Origin: Octopus bimaculoides
Taxonomy: Eukaryota
Reading direction: 5' to 3'
Assembly (NCBI RefSeq): GCF_001194135.2
Contig: NC_068990.1
Location: 57,663,872 to 57,727,871, forward strand
DNA: 64,000 bases
Notes under the pieces: generated by a model
Told to the model about the DNA's origin: nothing
What the model saw: the letters and a program-made list of their open reading frames with translations, nothing else
The model's database searches: none
Shown: positions 50,809 through 64,000 of the stretch, one piece after another
How the letters are laid out: the number at the start of each line of letters is the position of its first letter
How positions within the stretch are numbered: the first letter of the stretch is position 1
Position numbers and translations under genes: made by a program

Positions 50809-52054
50809 GAGGATGTTAGTAAGAAACTATGATTCTATTGCTGTTGTTTGGCCCCAGGTTAGCCCTGATCGAGTAGAGTTATTATTAGAAGTGTTTTATC
50901 TGTAACTACCCCCATCTTTTATATGTATATAGGATGACACTATCTAACGCAGCGTCTCTCAGCCGTTTCTCAGCCTATTTTACTCGGATGAATCCCCATA
51001 ATCATTGAGTAAACAAGAAAATTGCTGCAAAGCTGCGTGATAGTGGTGTCAGACGTGGCATGCAGACCATCATATAACTTTTTTTATTCTTCTCTTCCGT
51101 TTTATTTTGATATCCGCATTGCGTTTTTATTCTTCTTTTCCGTTTTACGAATCCAGAGTGCACATGCGCATTGCATCTACATACGTCTCTTTCCGGTTCC
51201 TTCTCAAAACTGTTTCCAGATCACAACCATCTCACGAAGTTACATTCCTGAGAAACGCTTTGCGCTCCGATAGTTGTGAAAATATATTATATTTATGTAA
51301 TTAAATATATATAGGAACTGCATTAAAAAATTATTAAAATATTGTGTGTATTGTAGAAGTATGACCAATTTACTACAGATAAATTCTAACAAAATCTTAT
51401 ATGGACCCCAAGGGACATATGGGACCCAGTTCAGAGACATTGAAGGACCGCTGCAATAAGTGTGCGAATCTGAGAAGGGAATATGTTGAATAAAATCATA
51501 ATTACCTGATCCTCCTGTATTTTCTTTAACACAAAAGCCAGAAAGTTTTCAGCACTCCCTCGTACATTAGTAACCTTAGACTAGACAGAAGGATTTGATT
51601 TGAGGGGTTTATGGCTCCTATTTCTAGCATGACTAATTTCCACGAAGAAGTACTCTTGATGGTTCCTCTAAGCTCTTGTATTTAAAGCTGTATGTGGTGG
51701 TACATTTACAAACCTAAACCAAATCTATTCAACTTGCCGTTGATAAAAACGTGATCTCCTGAAATTAGTTGTAGAACTAAAACCGTATGGAAGCCAGTCA
51801 GTCACGATAGGAAATCATGGAAAGATTAATCTAATAGATTAGAAATGTCATTTAGCATAGGGGTAAAGAGAGAGGGAGACAAAGAGAGAGAAAGAGAGAG
51901 AGTGGGAGAGAGAGAAAGATAGAGAGAGAGAGGCTGAGAAAGGGAGAGAGGGGGGAGAAGAAATGAAAGAAAGAGCAGCATTTTAGAAACAATTCCTTTT
52001 TGTTCGTTTGGTCACCTCTGTAAAAATGGTTTGTTATTACAAGCAAGGCAGCGG

Positions 52055-52170
52055 TGGCAGAAGCAGTGGCAGCAGCAGCAGCAGCAGCAGAAGCAGCAGC
52101 AGCAGTAGTAGTAGTAGTAGTAGAAGTAGTAGTAGTAGCAGCAGCAGCAGCAACTGTAATAGTAGTAGTA
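52055..52170. repeat. (GCA)n/(GTA)n compound array
   Basis: Direct reading. Confidence 0.93.
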
Positions 52171-52456
52171 GTTGGTGTGCTGGTCATATCATGCAGCTTG
52201 TTGGGTAACATAATTCAGCGCAAAATAATCTTCCATCACGAAAATTAATCTACGTGAATTTGGAACAGTTATGACAATATACATACATGTATACATACAT
52301 ACATACATACATACATACATACATGTATGCGTAATTACATTCATACAACCATACATAGATTGCACACAATACTTATATTCACATATGTGTGTGTGTGTGC
52401 CTTTATACACAGACACATACACACATTTGTGTGTATGCGTGTGTGTGTTTGTAAGC

Positions 52457-52616
52457 GCAGGCGTAGCTGTAAGGTAAGAAGCTTGCTTCCCAACTACATG
52501 ATTCCGAGTTCAATCCCACTGCGTGGCACCTTGGCAAGTGTTTTCTGCTATAACCCGCACCAACCAAATCTTTCTGAGTGGATAATGCAGAAAGAAACTG
52601 AAAGAAACCCGTCGTA
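52457..52616 (+). mobile_element. SINE family B 5' half
   Basis: GCAGGCGTAGCTGTAAGGTAAG..CCCACTGCGTGGCACCTTGGCAAG..GAAACTGAAAGAAACCCGTCG. Confidence 0.8.
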
Positions 52617-52767
52617 TATATATATATATATATATATATATGCGTGGATTTCTCCTTTTCAGTTGGATGTCAAGTAGCTATAGTGATCCAGTGTTGTCGG
52701 GATGTTCTATAGCGAACTGTATGTTCATGTCCATGTTGTTGAACGTCGTGAATACTCTGTCAGCCTC

Positions 52768-54988
52768 TTCCGAAATATTATATTATATCAGACCATAGAT
52801 GATTAAATTATAACAGTTATTATAGTCCATTGTTGTTATTATAGTGCATTGCTGTGCCAGTCAAGGCACATTATTTATTTTACAAACAGTACACAGTGCT
52901 TCAAGTGAACTACAATACTCTCCTATCTCTACGCCTGGGACAGGTTGAGTTCGCAACCTATCAGAGAAACGTGCTAAAATCGGAGGCCAAATAAACTTTC
53001 TTAAACGCTGCCTAAAAAACAACATAATTCCCAACACCATCAGGAACATACATCTACCCACGTGCTTCCGCAGCCTTACTCTTCGACGATCAATGAAATA
53101 CATACATATGTTCGTCATCAGAAAAATCATACACTATCTACACCACCAACTACATGAGCACATACGCAAATTCTCTTAAATAATATCCACGTCAACCAAT
53201 GAACATACATACCGAAGAACAACCGCAACTACTGACCAATGCTTCTACCACTGCGTTGACCAAGAGAAGAAACGCCTCAAACTTAAGTTCCAGTGGCTTT
53301 GTAGCAAATACCAACACAACTCGGCCTATTACACCGACACAGATGAACAGGACACGTCCACCGAACGAGATAACAATAACATCGAGGACGCCAGTATACC
53401 ATCAACAACGAAATCCCTAGTCACAGACTTGAGTGGGTCACTCTCCCATGAAGAACTAGAACTTCTCAGTGTAGGCCCTAAATTTATCTTGAGCCAGTAG
53501 GGGAATGAGAAAATCTTATTCGACCTGGAAGCCAACATTTGTCGAATAGCCTACCAAATCAAATGGCTATCGGTGATAAAGAAGAACAACAGCACACTCG
53601 GCAAATTTCCTACGTACGAACTAGACCACCCACTCCACCCATCCCCAACTAACTGAGAACTCAACTACAAACTATCCAAACTGAAGCAGTCTGGATCTTA
53701 AGGAAGGCGCAACATAAAACATTGACTGAAAAACTAAAAAACAAAAACCTTATCTACTTACCAACAGATAAAGGAAAAGAAATCTGCGTGATTTCTTGTG
53801 AAATATATGATAAACTAGCACTAGAACATTTAAGCAATGATAGAATATATTTCTGAAGTGACAGATACAACAGCGACCAGGATTGAGGAGCGAATTAACA
53901 CCGAATGGACTGACATTTGTAGTCGGAGACAACTACATAAATACAAGAACAACTTCATCACAAAGAACAGCCGATTACCCACATTCTATCACCTCATTAA
54001 AACACACAAGGATAGCAGCACGATCCAGATTAGACCCATCGTCTCCAGCGTGGAAGGACCTCTATATAAAATATCCTGGCTTCTTTATCACAACCTGAAA
54101 CCCATACTCTCCACCTTCCCTGGACACGTCAAGAACTCCGACGAAGTCATCCAAAGACTGCGCCAACTGCCCCCAGGCCAACTCAGGCAAAACAGATATG
54201 CCTTTAGTCTCAATGTACACAAAGGTACCAGCACACTCAGCGGTCAACCTATTGACTGACTGCAAAGTAGCGTCCGTCATCCACTGATTCGGACTTACCG
54301 CAGCTGATATACATCAACTTTTGTCCATCACCGTGGACAACACCTACTTCTCTTTCCATGACTACACATACAAACAGATAACAGGTCCCCTCATGGGATC
54401 CAGTCTCTCGGGCTTACTAGCCATCACTTATATGAACCATCCGGAACAGCGACAAAAGCATAACAGTCACAATTGAGGCCAATGAAAAAAATTTGGGTAA
54501 TCTAAGAATTAAGGAAGCTATCCTGATAGACAGACTAGGGCCCCAAATTAACAACGGGCTGGAGGTTGGCAACCAATATATTATTTAGCTACATTTAGAT
54601 GCCCTGTAAGTTAATTTTTGATAAAACGCTCATGTATTATTTATATAAAAAAAGGAGAAAAAAAGGAAACTGCACGTATAATACATAACTTAGAAGCAGC
54701 GCTACGGATGTGCCAGCACACACGTACTTGAGACATGGCCGCCCTAACGCACTTCTCATGAGGAATTCCGGAAGGAACTTCGTGAGACCACTGCGGAGAC
54801 GCTTCCGGAAAGAAAAAAACCGTTGGAAAACCGATTATAGCAGTGACTCGATCAATTCCTAGGGATATCTGAAGAAGGAAATTTTATATTCCGAAATATT
54901 ATACCACATCAGACCTATAGATGATTAAATTATAACAGTTATTATAGTCCATTGTTGTTATTATAGTGTATTTTTGTGCCATTCAAGA

Positions 54989-54991
<3 letters not shown>
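52768..54991 (+). mobile_element. Penelope-like retroelement (RT plus GIY-YIG remnant) bounded by about 102-bp direct repeats
   Basis: N-terminal INFLKRCLKNNIIPNTIR; RT RLPTFYHLIKTHK..IRPIVSSVEGPLYKISWLL and YKQITGPLMGSSLSGLLAITYM; endonuclease tail LRIKEAILIDRLGPQIN; direct repeats 52768-52869 and 54889-54991; 3' end abuts (TA)n. Confidence 0.9.
54862..54907 (+). ncRNA. Minimal type-I hammerhead ribozyme motif in the PLE 3' terminal repeat
   Basis: GGGATAT-CTGAAGA-a-GGAA attttata TTCC-GAAA-TA-TT-ATACCAC: canonical CUGANGA/GAAA core, palindromic loopless stem III (AATATT), predicted AUU cleavage after 54900; stem I pairs 5/7. Confidence 0.7.

Positions 54992-55040
<49 letters not shown>
54992..55040. 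repeat. (TA)n microsatellite
   Basis: Direct reading. Confidence 0.98.
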
Positions 55041-55041
<1 letters not shown>

Positions 55042-55042
<1 letters not shown>

Positions 55043-55372
55043 CGGGATGCTTTCAGTTTCCGTCTACCAAATCCACTCACAATGCTTTGGTCGGCCCGAG
55101 GCTACAGTAGAATACACTTACCCTGGGGCCACGCAGTCGGACTGAACACGAAACCATGTGGTCGTTTAGTAAGCTACTTACGACACAGCCACTCCTGCAC
55201 CTATATATTTGGCTTGTTTTTGTCACTTGACAGCGGCCATGCTGGGGCATCACCCTTAGTCGAACAAATAGACCCTAGGACCTGTTCTTTGCAAGCCTAG
55301 TACTTATGCTATCGATATCTTTAGCCGAGCCGCTAGGTTACGGGTAGGTAAACACACCAAAATCGGTGTCAA
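55042..55372 (-). mobile_element. Two SINE family B fragments (5' half 55042-55197; diverged 3' half of another copy about 55210-55372)
   Basis: Matches to the respective halves of 9031-9429. Confidence 0.8.
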
Positions 55373-55519
55373 GTGCCCCCTTGCTCCCTCAGTTCCCCCT
55401 TGCCTCCTCTATGTTACAGAATGCATGGCAACTGACATAGGCACAACAAGGTCCAAACGTGAGTTCAACTTTGTCATTGTGACGCATCTTGCATGAGATC
55501 CTGCGCCGCAGTGGTGAAG

Positions 55520-55970
55520 TTAGTGTGGAAGACTAATCGCGTTACCTCATCGCAGCTGTGCTGGGCGGGAAATATTTTCAGGATGTAGGACAGAAGGCTC
55601 TCAAAGGCAGTTTTCTATGCTGAACTGCATCAAGGCTGGAGGAGTCGTGGTGGCTAGAGGTTGCGATACAAGGCTGTGCTGAAAAGACATATGAACAACT
55701 TCGGCTTCTCCTCAGACACCTGAGAAGAGAACGCTCTGCGGCACGATTAATTTCATTAATTGCTGAAGCTCGTTATTCCAGCTGTTGAGGAGAAATAACT
55801 GAGACAATATGGAAGAGCACATAGGAGGCGTCACCTCTCTGTTGCATTGCCTGCAGCAGATGTCATCGCTGCCGCAGATCAAGAGCAAGTCTTGTAGTCC
55901 ACATACGATCCTGCCAGAAACGATTACCGAACAAGAACAATTAGACCTGCAACTGACAGCCGAAGATATA
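55520..55970 (+). mobile_element. RTE LINE 3' fragment
   Basis: KAVFYAELHQGWRSRGG*RLRYKAVLKRHM and terminal C2HC-like HRCRRSRASLVVHIRSCQ. Confidence 0.75.
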
Positions 55971-56540
55971 TATATGCATATATGTGTACATAAGGGGAGA
56001 GTAAATAGCCCCTTCGATTAGTAGACAGAGGTGGCATTTTTGTAAAGTGCTAGCAACCTCTTTGCCTTCTGTGCTGCCGATCTCTCTCCATATCCCTAAC
56101 AAGGGTGCATCAGGGCAGACTGTAACAGAAGATAGATAATCAATAAGGTGGAGGAGATTTGGACGAACGGCTTGAAGATTATTGCGGCCAAGCAGGATAT
56201 TTGTATCATTAAACAACGGTTGAGCGTCAACAAGCAAGTGAGCTGCTACTGAGGCGCAGGCCCATCGTCGACCTTGCTTGTGGTATTCTGGACACCACTT
56301 CGTACATTGCGTGGGGGCCTAGTGAAGCAGTCTACTGAGGAGGATGACGCCAACTGCCCTTACTCACAGACCAATGCGTTATGCATGCATACATACATAC
56401 CATACATACGCATGTATGTATACAGGAAAAAGTTTTATTGCGCACAAGAAGTATAAAAATGAACAAGGGTCGAAAATTCACTTGGAGTTTTTAAAATAAA
56501 CCATTTACTCAACCGGTTTCATAATCTTTATTCTTTTATT

Positions 56541-56883
56541 CTTTTATTTGTTTCAGTCATTTGACTGTGGCCATGCTGGAGCATCACCTTTAGCCGAAAT
56601 GAATCGACCCCAGGACTTATTCTTTGTAAGTCTAGGACTTATTCTATCGGTCTCTTTTGCCAAACCGCTAAGTTACGGGGACGTAAACACACCAGCATCG
56701 TTTGTCAAGTGATGTTGGAGGACAAACACAGACATACAAATACATATATATATATATATATATATATGTGTGTACGACGGGCTTCTTTCAGCTTCCGTCT
56801 ACCAAATCCACTCACAAGGGCAGTGGAACTGAACCCGTAACCATGTGGTTCGTAAGCAACCTACTTATCACACAGCCACTTCT
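56541..56883 (-). mobile_element. SINE family B copy with an internal deletion of about 45 bp
   Basis: Colinear with 9031-9429 except for the CACAAGG^GCAGTGG junction. Confidence 0.9.
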
Positions 56884-56966
56884 GCGCCTAGTAATTTTTC
56901 AAAAGTAGTTTTCAGATGGAAAAACTTCGAGCTATTCGTGAATGTGTGTGTGTTTATAAGCGTGCA

Positions 56967-56997
<31 letters not shown>

Positions 56998-58483
56998 ATG
57001 TATGTATGTATGTATGTGTGTGCGTCTTTGTGTATGCATACGCGCACACATATTCACGCACACATACCTAGGCAAATTACAGGAGCGAAACGCTTTTTCT
57101 TTATATTTGTCTCGTTAATGTGTTGTATAGGCTGCAACTTAAATTGGTTCTTTACTCCAGTTTGTGTAACACTTTTAACAAACACTCGTAATAAGATCTT
57201 TAGGGACAAAAACGTGTCGCACTATTGTATGTACAGTGTTTTCAAAACAAAAACAAAAATGCATACAAGAATTTTTTTTTTAATATTTAGATCAAGAGTT
57301 GGGAATAAAAAGATCCTATCAAGACTTGGATCACCAGATTGAGTAAAGTTTTTGAGCGTAATCAATTGTTTATGTAACTGTACTTTATGGTGCTGAAGGC
57401 AAATACATATACGGGCATGCACTGGCGTAGAAATTTACACATACAGATAGAAAGAGGGAAAGAAACGTAGAAAAAGAGAGTGGTAGAAAAAAGGGACTTT
57501 ACAATTTCTAACCTGACACTTTCCCTTTCCTCATACACTTAAACACCAATATGCTCATGCACATAAACGGAGAGAGGGAGGGAGGAAGAGAAGGTGAGGG
57601 AAGGAGAAAGCGGGGAGGGAGAGAGGAAAAAGAGGGGGACAGGAAAACAGAGGGTAGGAGAGAGAAAGGAAGAGAGAGGGAAGAAGGGAGAGAATGGGAC
57701 ATTCAAACGTCTGATGTCAAATAAGCCAGCGCCAAATCAGTGACGCCAAATAAGCGACGCCAAAATGGCTATGTGAAAATGAAACGTCTCAAAACCATAA
57801 GAGTAAGCTTCCGTTAACGAAGCACAGAGTGTACAAATTGGCCAAGATCTCAGAAAGCGCTCTGGAGTGAAGAATTAAGTATTGTGTCTTGTAATGATAC
57901 CCTAGAATCCCATCTTTGCAGAACTGGTGAGAGATCCCACTCTGAGAGTATCTTTTATCTCTTTACTTCTTTCAGTCATTGGACTGTGGCCATGCTGGAG
58001 CACCGCCTTTTAACAGGAAGAGGTGAAATTATGGCATGGCGTTGCTTTTTCATCTGTATGTGGTGATGGGTTTATTACAATAGCAACTATCAATTACCGA
58101 TGTGGAACACTTGAGACTGTTAGAAAGAAGACTATTTCCCACCTAACAAAATATATTTATCGGAGGTAAATTCTAAGATCATATTACCTTACTATGCTTT
58201 ATTCTGATCATAAAGGGCACAGGAAAGGACTCCGAAAAATAGAATAACAAAGATATATAAGGTTTCAAAGACCTTAAATATAAAGATTTTACTTAATTTT
58301 GAAAGGAAAGTTCACGACATCTAGGAGGTGATAATTTAGGCATAATAGCTTATCTTTTATTCAGAAGATTTATTCAAATTTCTTCAGTTATTCGTATGTT
58401 TATAAACATAAATGCAAGCATGCACAGACAGACGAACATTTTCATATCAATAATGAAGATGAATGTAATTTACTCATACGAAC

Positions 58484-58615
58484 AAGGCTACAAATATTTT
58501 GCGAAAAGAGCATAGTCGATGAAATAGATCCTTTGTACTTAACTGGTATTTTATCAACTCTGAAAGGATGAAAGGCAAAAGCCGACCTCGCGGTATTTGA
58601 ACTCAGGACGTAAAA
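58484..58615 (-). mobile_element. SINE family A fragment
   Basis: ACTGGTATTTTATCAACTCTGAAAGGATGAAAGGCAAAAGCCGACCTCGCGGTATTTGAACTCAG. Confidence 0.75.
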
Positions 58616-59931
58616 ATAATAATTGCACAAATACAAATTACAGGCTCTTTTATTTGGATTGAACTTTAGTTTCCGTCTTCTGAAAGCATAGTCTTTATTA
58701 ACAAATACAGAACTATGGAGTACTTAAATATATATTCTTTGCACTTTTACTTAAAATGGAAACACTTTGTAGAATGCTCAGACAGCACTACTCCCAAATT
58801 AATTTCAGTTTAGATTGCTAAGTGCTTTTAAATTATTTCGTTTGAACAAAGCTGCTCTAGTGTTGTGACGCATAATGTCCAGTGCTAATTTGGAATAAAA
58901 ATAGAAGTAAACACATTTAGGAACATAAAACATTAATAACGTGTCGCACAGGTGAGCGCTGTAAAGTACAATTCTCTATTTGCGATCGAAACAATTTCAC
59001 TTAATATAGTTTGATAATGCACTTAGTAGAGGCATGAATGATACAACAACGCGTTTCCCCTCCTCCACACCGGAAGAGACAATAAAATATCATGTATAAG
59101 AAAACTATAAAAGATGTGAATTGCGCATGGCATATAGGATACTTAACTGGTTTCTTTTTCGATAAGTTACCATTTACGCCTTTAAGAAATGCATGAATCC
59201 CACACAGTTTAATTTTCCTTGTTCAAAATGGCCTTGTGACTTTATAAACAAACAGAAAAAATCTTGTTTATAGCTATGACTAATTATNNNNNNNNNNNNN
59301 NNNNNNNNNNNNNNNNNNNNNNNNNNNNNNNNNNNNNNNNNNNNNNNNNNNNNNNNNNNNNNNNNNNNNNNNNNNNNNNNNNNNNNNNNNNNNNNNNNNN
59401 NNNNNNNNNNNNNNNNNNNNNNNNNNNNNNNNNNNNNNNNNNNNNNNNNNNNNNNNNNNNNNNNNNNNNNNNNNNNNNNNNNNNNNNNNNNNNNTTATTT
59501 TTAATTCCGTTTTGTAATTTCAAAATGGTGAAAGATAGGTAAAGCTATATATTGTGATAAATCATTATAGATTTTTATGAAGTATTTATGCAGCTTGCCA
59601 AAGTATTTATATAAATTTTAATGGTGCATTCACAATGATTAATAAAACAATGAATTTAATGTATATAAAGATTTATGTGATGGCGAATAGGTTAATAGGA
59701 CGCAGTATCTAGATTCTGTTGTAGGTCTCTAGTTTTGCAAGAGGCTCTCTTAATTCTTTTTGTTGGACACCCTTAGAGAAATGTTAGTTTGGAAATACTA
59801 ATTTACAGCATACATACATACATACATCTCATCACATTCATTATTTTATAACAAAGTCTAGTTAGTTACCGGAGTGCTCGAATACTGTAAAAGAATAAAA
59901 GATTTTTAAAACTTATAACATTTTGATTAGT

Positions 59932-59978
<47 letters not shown>

Positions 59979-60127
59979 TACCGTAAAAGCTCTTCCGATT
60001 TAAAAATTGGCACTTAATATTTATAAAATACAGAGAAACCAATCGTATCTTTTTAGTCTTGTGTTTGTAAGTTCGTATTCACTTTTAGTTTTACATTATG
60101 CTTTTTTGGTAGTTTGTTGGATTGTAT

Positions 60128-60333
60128 TAGATGGTGCTGAAAAGTGCCCGATTTTTGATAAAAGAAAATACAGAAGGACCAGGTGATTATGATTTTATTC
60201 AACATATTCTCCTCTCAGATTCTCACAACCTTTCAATTTTTCTAAACCCTATAAAAGAACTCGGAAGGTTAGGCCTTCAACCAGGTTTTTCGTGATACTC
60301 TTATAGCCAGGAATTGTTCAGAACCTCCTCGTA
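60128..60333. mobile_element. Mariner-derived MITE
   Basis: Left end ATGGTGCTGAAAAGTGCCCG vs reverse complement of right end TACGAGGAGGTTCTGAACAATTCCTGG (degenerate TIR pair); internal ATTTTATTCAACATATTCTCC is typical of mariner ends. Confidence 0.6.
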
Positions 60334-63300
60334 TACGACTTAGGTCGTCAACCAATTTGAGTTCAATATCAAATTTTGTCGGAATATTCACCATTTTAGG
60401 TTGGCTTTCAATTGAAAGAAAGGTTTATCTTTCACCATTTTGAAATTACAAAACGGAATTAAAAATAAGCATCCTTTTTATGGTGGAGATAGTTATATAC
60501 GAAGCACATTAGATATTGGCTGATTTAGTTTTATACGGTAAAATATAATCTATGATAAGGTTTCGTTTTTCACTTAGAACAGCTTCATTTTATTTTTTCC
60601 TATCTCATTCGTGAATGGAGACCTTTATGACAACATTGATCTATACCTTTGCTTCATTAATTCTAGAGGATTGACACTATGTTTGAAAAATATTTTAGAG
60701 GATCACTTTGTGACATGTACATTTTCATACGGATTTTACGTCACTCCAAGAATACACTATGCTTCCTACCCTTAATCTCTGTGTTCAAAGGTTAGCAACA
60801 GCTGGGAATAGTTCCTCGCCTTTGATTATCAGCGTATTGAAACATCACCCTCGAATCCATCCCACAACAGTTTTCATGATTTGTGGTTTACAAATGCCGA
60901 ACTTGGTTTAGAATGAAATTAAGCCATCCCAGTAGAAAATGGTTTCTACTGAGAATAGTCCACTTGTTTTCTTCCACTCCGAAAATAATGGAATTATAGC
61001 GGTTTTTCTTTCGGTATTTTTTCTAGGTTATTCATTTCTTAAAATTGCATGCGCAGAAAAGCTTTATCTGGAAGAAAATCAAAGAAAAATGAGAACATGC
61101 CGTGCTGTTTTTCAGATTTGGAAACCATTTTTCTGTTTTTATTTGTTTTTTTCTTCTAATTTTTGTGCAGAAATTTCCGGTTCAGCAATACTGGCAGACT
61201 AAGTCTACTTAGGTTTTAACTCAACTCGGACTGACTTGCTAATGTTCACTGATTGAAATGTTATTTCAAAGACACGCGAAGTAAGGTATACCTTTCCACT
61301 TGAATGATTTGTCTTTTTCTTCTTTTTTTTTCTGTTAATCTTTTGTGACTGAAGAACGTTTATGCAACATAATCGATAACAGTTAGAGAATAACAAGAGT
61401 ATAAGAAGCCGTAATCCATAAAAATACATAGTTGTTTCATTAAATGAATTTCTGTTCAACTTACGTATTAATAAAAACTAGGGGAATTTGATGAGAGGGA
61501 AAAGGAAAAAAATTCTGTACGTGTTTAATGTTTATTCGCAATACAATGGAAATAATCTGCCAAACAGTTTTTACAATGTGACACAATTTGACATCTTGCT
61601 TATATCAATTTTACATTATTTGCACCATTAATGCTATTGAGAAAGTATGAATATCCAAAGGTTCAACTATATATCAAAATTTTCGGTATAAGAAAAAATA
61701 AATTCTTTTCAAATCCGTGAAAATTGAATATATGTGGAGAAAACTAAAAATCTAATAGTAAAACAGCCTGAGGAAACTGTTGTTTATATGTTAGAATCTT
61801 CATTTGCAACGCTTTATAAATATTTGCAATGATTTAATTTACCTTTTTCGATTAATCTTCATATATATTTGCACCAAAATGATTATATCTTCATAACAAC
61901 ACTCATTCAAAACCGGTTTCATCTTCTGGGTATTATTCCTCAGCACCATACGCAATCCTTGTATTTATCGGTATTTTTGATCTCCACTATGCCGACGTAC
62001 AAACATCTATAATTAATAAATTATTAGCAAGTTGTGCGATTAATTATAGATATATATATCTCAATGAAATTAAAGGGCTAAATATTTATGCCTTCAAGAA
62101 CATAATCTATAGATCGAATCTAGTGTAATGATGTATTTCTTCGGCATAATTTAAAATGTTTTAGTGTACTACTGGTATTAATCTATTGCGCATGAAGGAA
62201 TGTAAATAAAGTGGGGCTTTTATGCACCCCTCAACACTTCCATCAGAACATGAAGTAAATTTTGTTCAGCATACTACAAGTAAAGGAAACATGAAACACT
62301 TTTAGGTAGACCAACTTATTTTGTGAGAATTTCCTATTGTTTAAATATATTTAAGTTTTATTTACGCCATGTTGTATATAGAATATTGTCTAATTAATGA
62401 TGAGTACCAGAACAAATACTCACATTAGGTTATATTCTTATGTGCTATCTTAATTTATGAGTGCTTTATAATGCAGCTGCTCTGTGCTAGTAATGACAGA
62501 AGAAGGAAGTGTACAACTTCATTGAGGAACAGTCAAGAAATCAGGAAACGGGTTATCAGGAGATTCCAAATTGTTTCTATACACCAAAAGCATAGAAAGA
62601 ATGTTACATATCTATTATACTCAGAGGAAGATATTCTTATCTTTAAATTTATTTCAGTTCTTCCTATTTACTTGTGTTGTGTATANNNNNNNNNNNNNNN
62701 NNNNNNNNNNNNNNNNNNNNNNNNNNNNNNNNNNNNNNNNNNNNNNNNNNNNNNNNNNNNNNNNNNNNNNNNNNNNNNNNNNNNNNNNNNNNNNNNNNNN
62801 NNNNNNNNNNNNNNNNNNNNNNNNNNNNNNNNNNNNNNNNNNNNNNNNNNNNNNNNNNNNNNNNNNNNNNNNNNNNNNNNNNNNNNNNNNNNNNNNNNNN
62901 NNNNNNNNNNNNNNNNNNNNNNNNNNNNNNNNNNNNNNNNNNNNNNNNNNNNNNNNNNNNNNNNNNNNNNNNNNNNNNNNNNNNNNNNNNNNNNNNNNNN
63001 NNNNNNNNNNNNNNNNNNNNNNNNNNNNNNNNNNNNNNNNNNNNNNNNNNNNNNNNNNNNNNNNNNNNNNNNNNNNNNNNNNNNNNNNNNNNNNNNNNNN
63101 NNNNNNNNNNNNNNNNNNNNNNNNNNNNNNNNNNNNNNNNNNNNNNNNNNNNNNNNNNNNNNNNNNNNNNNGTGTGTGTGTGTGTGTGTGTATTAGGTAT
63201 GTATGTATATATGTATGCTTAAGACACAGGCAGAGGTGATAAAACGTTAAAACTAATCGACTAGTGGACGTGGTATTAAACTCAGGTTCGTCATGTATTC

Positions 63301-63359
63301 GTAGTGCCGTCTTTGTACAAAGAGGTTGACAGTATGTTTATTAAACACAGACACGCACG

Positions 63360-63400
<41 letters not shown>

Positions 63401-63868
63401 GCATACACATACATACACACACACGTGCATACATATGCTTGTGGATGTTTAAATATGTACACACACACACATAAATGCATACGTACACATAAAGTAACGC
63501 ACGCAGACTTATATATAAATATACATTTTCATGTCAATATATACGTATGAGCACGGGTGCATGACGATATATGTATGTATAAATATATATATATATATGC
63601 GCGCGCGTGTTTGTGTATGTGTAAGTTCTTTTTCGTATAGTTATTATATTACGCTTCGATTGTTGACTTGCGAATGTACCATTCACCAAAAATCGAATTC
63701 ATTACACACATACATGAATACATACATATATAGACAAAGCTTTCATTCAGACTGTAAGATTTTTCTCATATAACTGATATTTATCCTTTATCGTCGTGTA
63801 AGGCGATATCGCTAAAGAGTATAAAGAAAGTCTCGTCTTTTGTTTTACTTTCTATCTATTTTTCTCTC

Positions 63869-63941
<73 letters not shown>

Positions 63942-64000
63942 GTCTCTCTATCTGTCTGTATGCACCTATGCATATATCTGTATAAATATGTATATATATA

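Noticed and set aside
55941-56237. 98-aa minus-strand ORF as a host exon
   Set aside because: It overlaps the RTE 3' end and adjoining GC-richer sequence that is probably another TE remnant; no splice or domain support.

Overview
AT-rich, repeat-dense animal genomic DNA with about 13 N-gaps. The SINE families and microsatellite load suggest a coleoid cephalopod such as Octopus (inference). No host protein-coding gene can be assembled with confidence; the window looks intronic or intergenic, with only weak isolated exon candidates. Most entries in the ORF track are translations of microsatellites or gaps. Recognisable content: several tRNA-derived SINE families; decayed LINEs (Tx1/L1-like, CR1-like, four RTE fragments, one R4/Dong-like RLE element in a TAA array); Tc1, mariner and maT transposase remnants and MITEs; and Penelope-like elements (PLEs). 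The most notable signal is a set of minimal type-I hammerhead-ribozyme motifs. One lies in the terminal repeat of an RT/GIY-YIG PLE (52.8-55.0 kb). Three more (10.4, 20.7, 36.2 kb) belong to a second family with an identically spaced downstream motif, which suggests short non-autonomous retrozyme-like elements. There are also strong fold-back structures: an 88-bp palindrome at 30.2 kb, 204-bp inverted arms at 37.4-38.0 kb and about 100-bp inverted arms at 20.4/21.2 kb. All alignments and translations were done by eye; TE boundaries are approximate.
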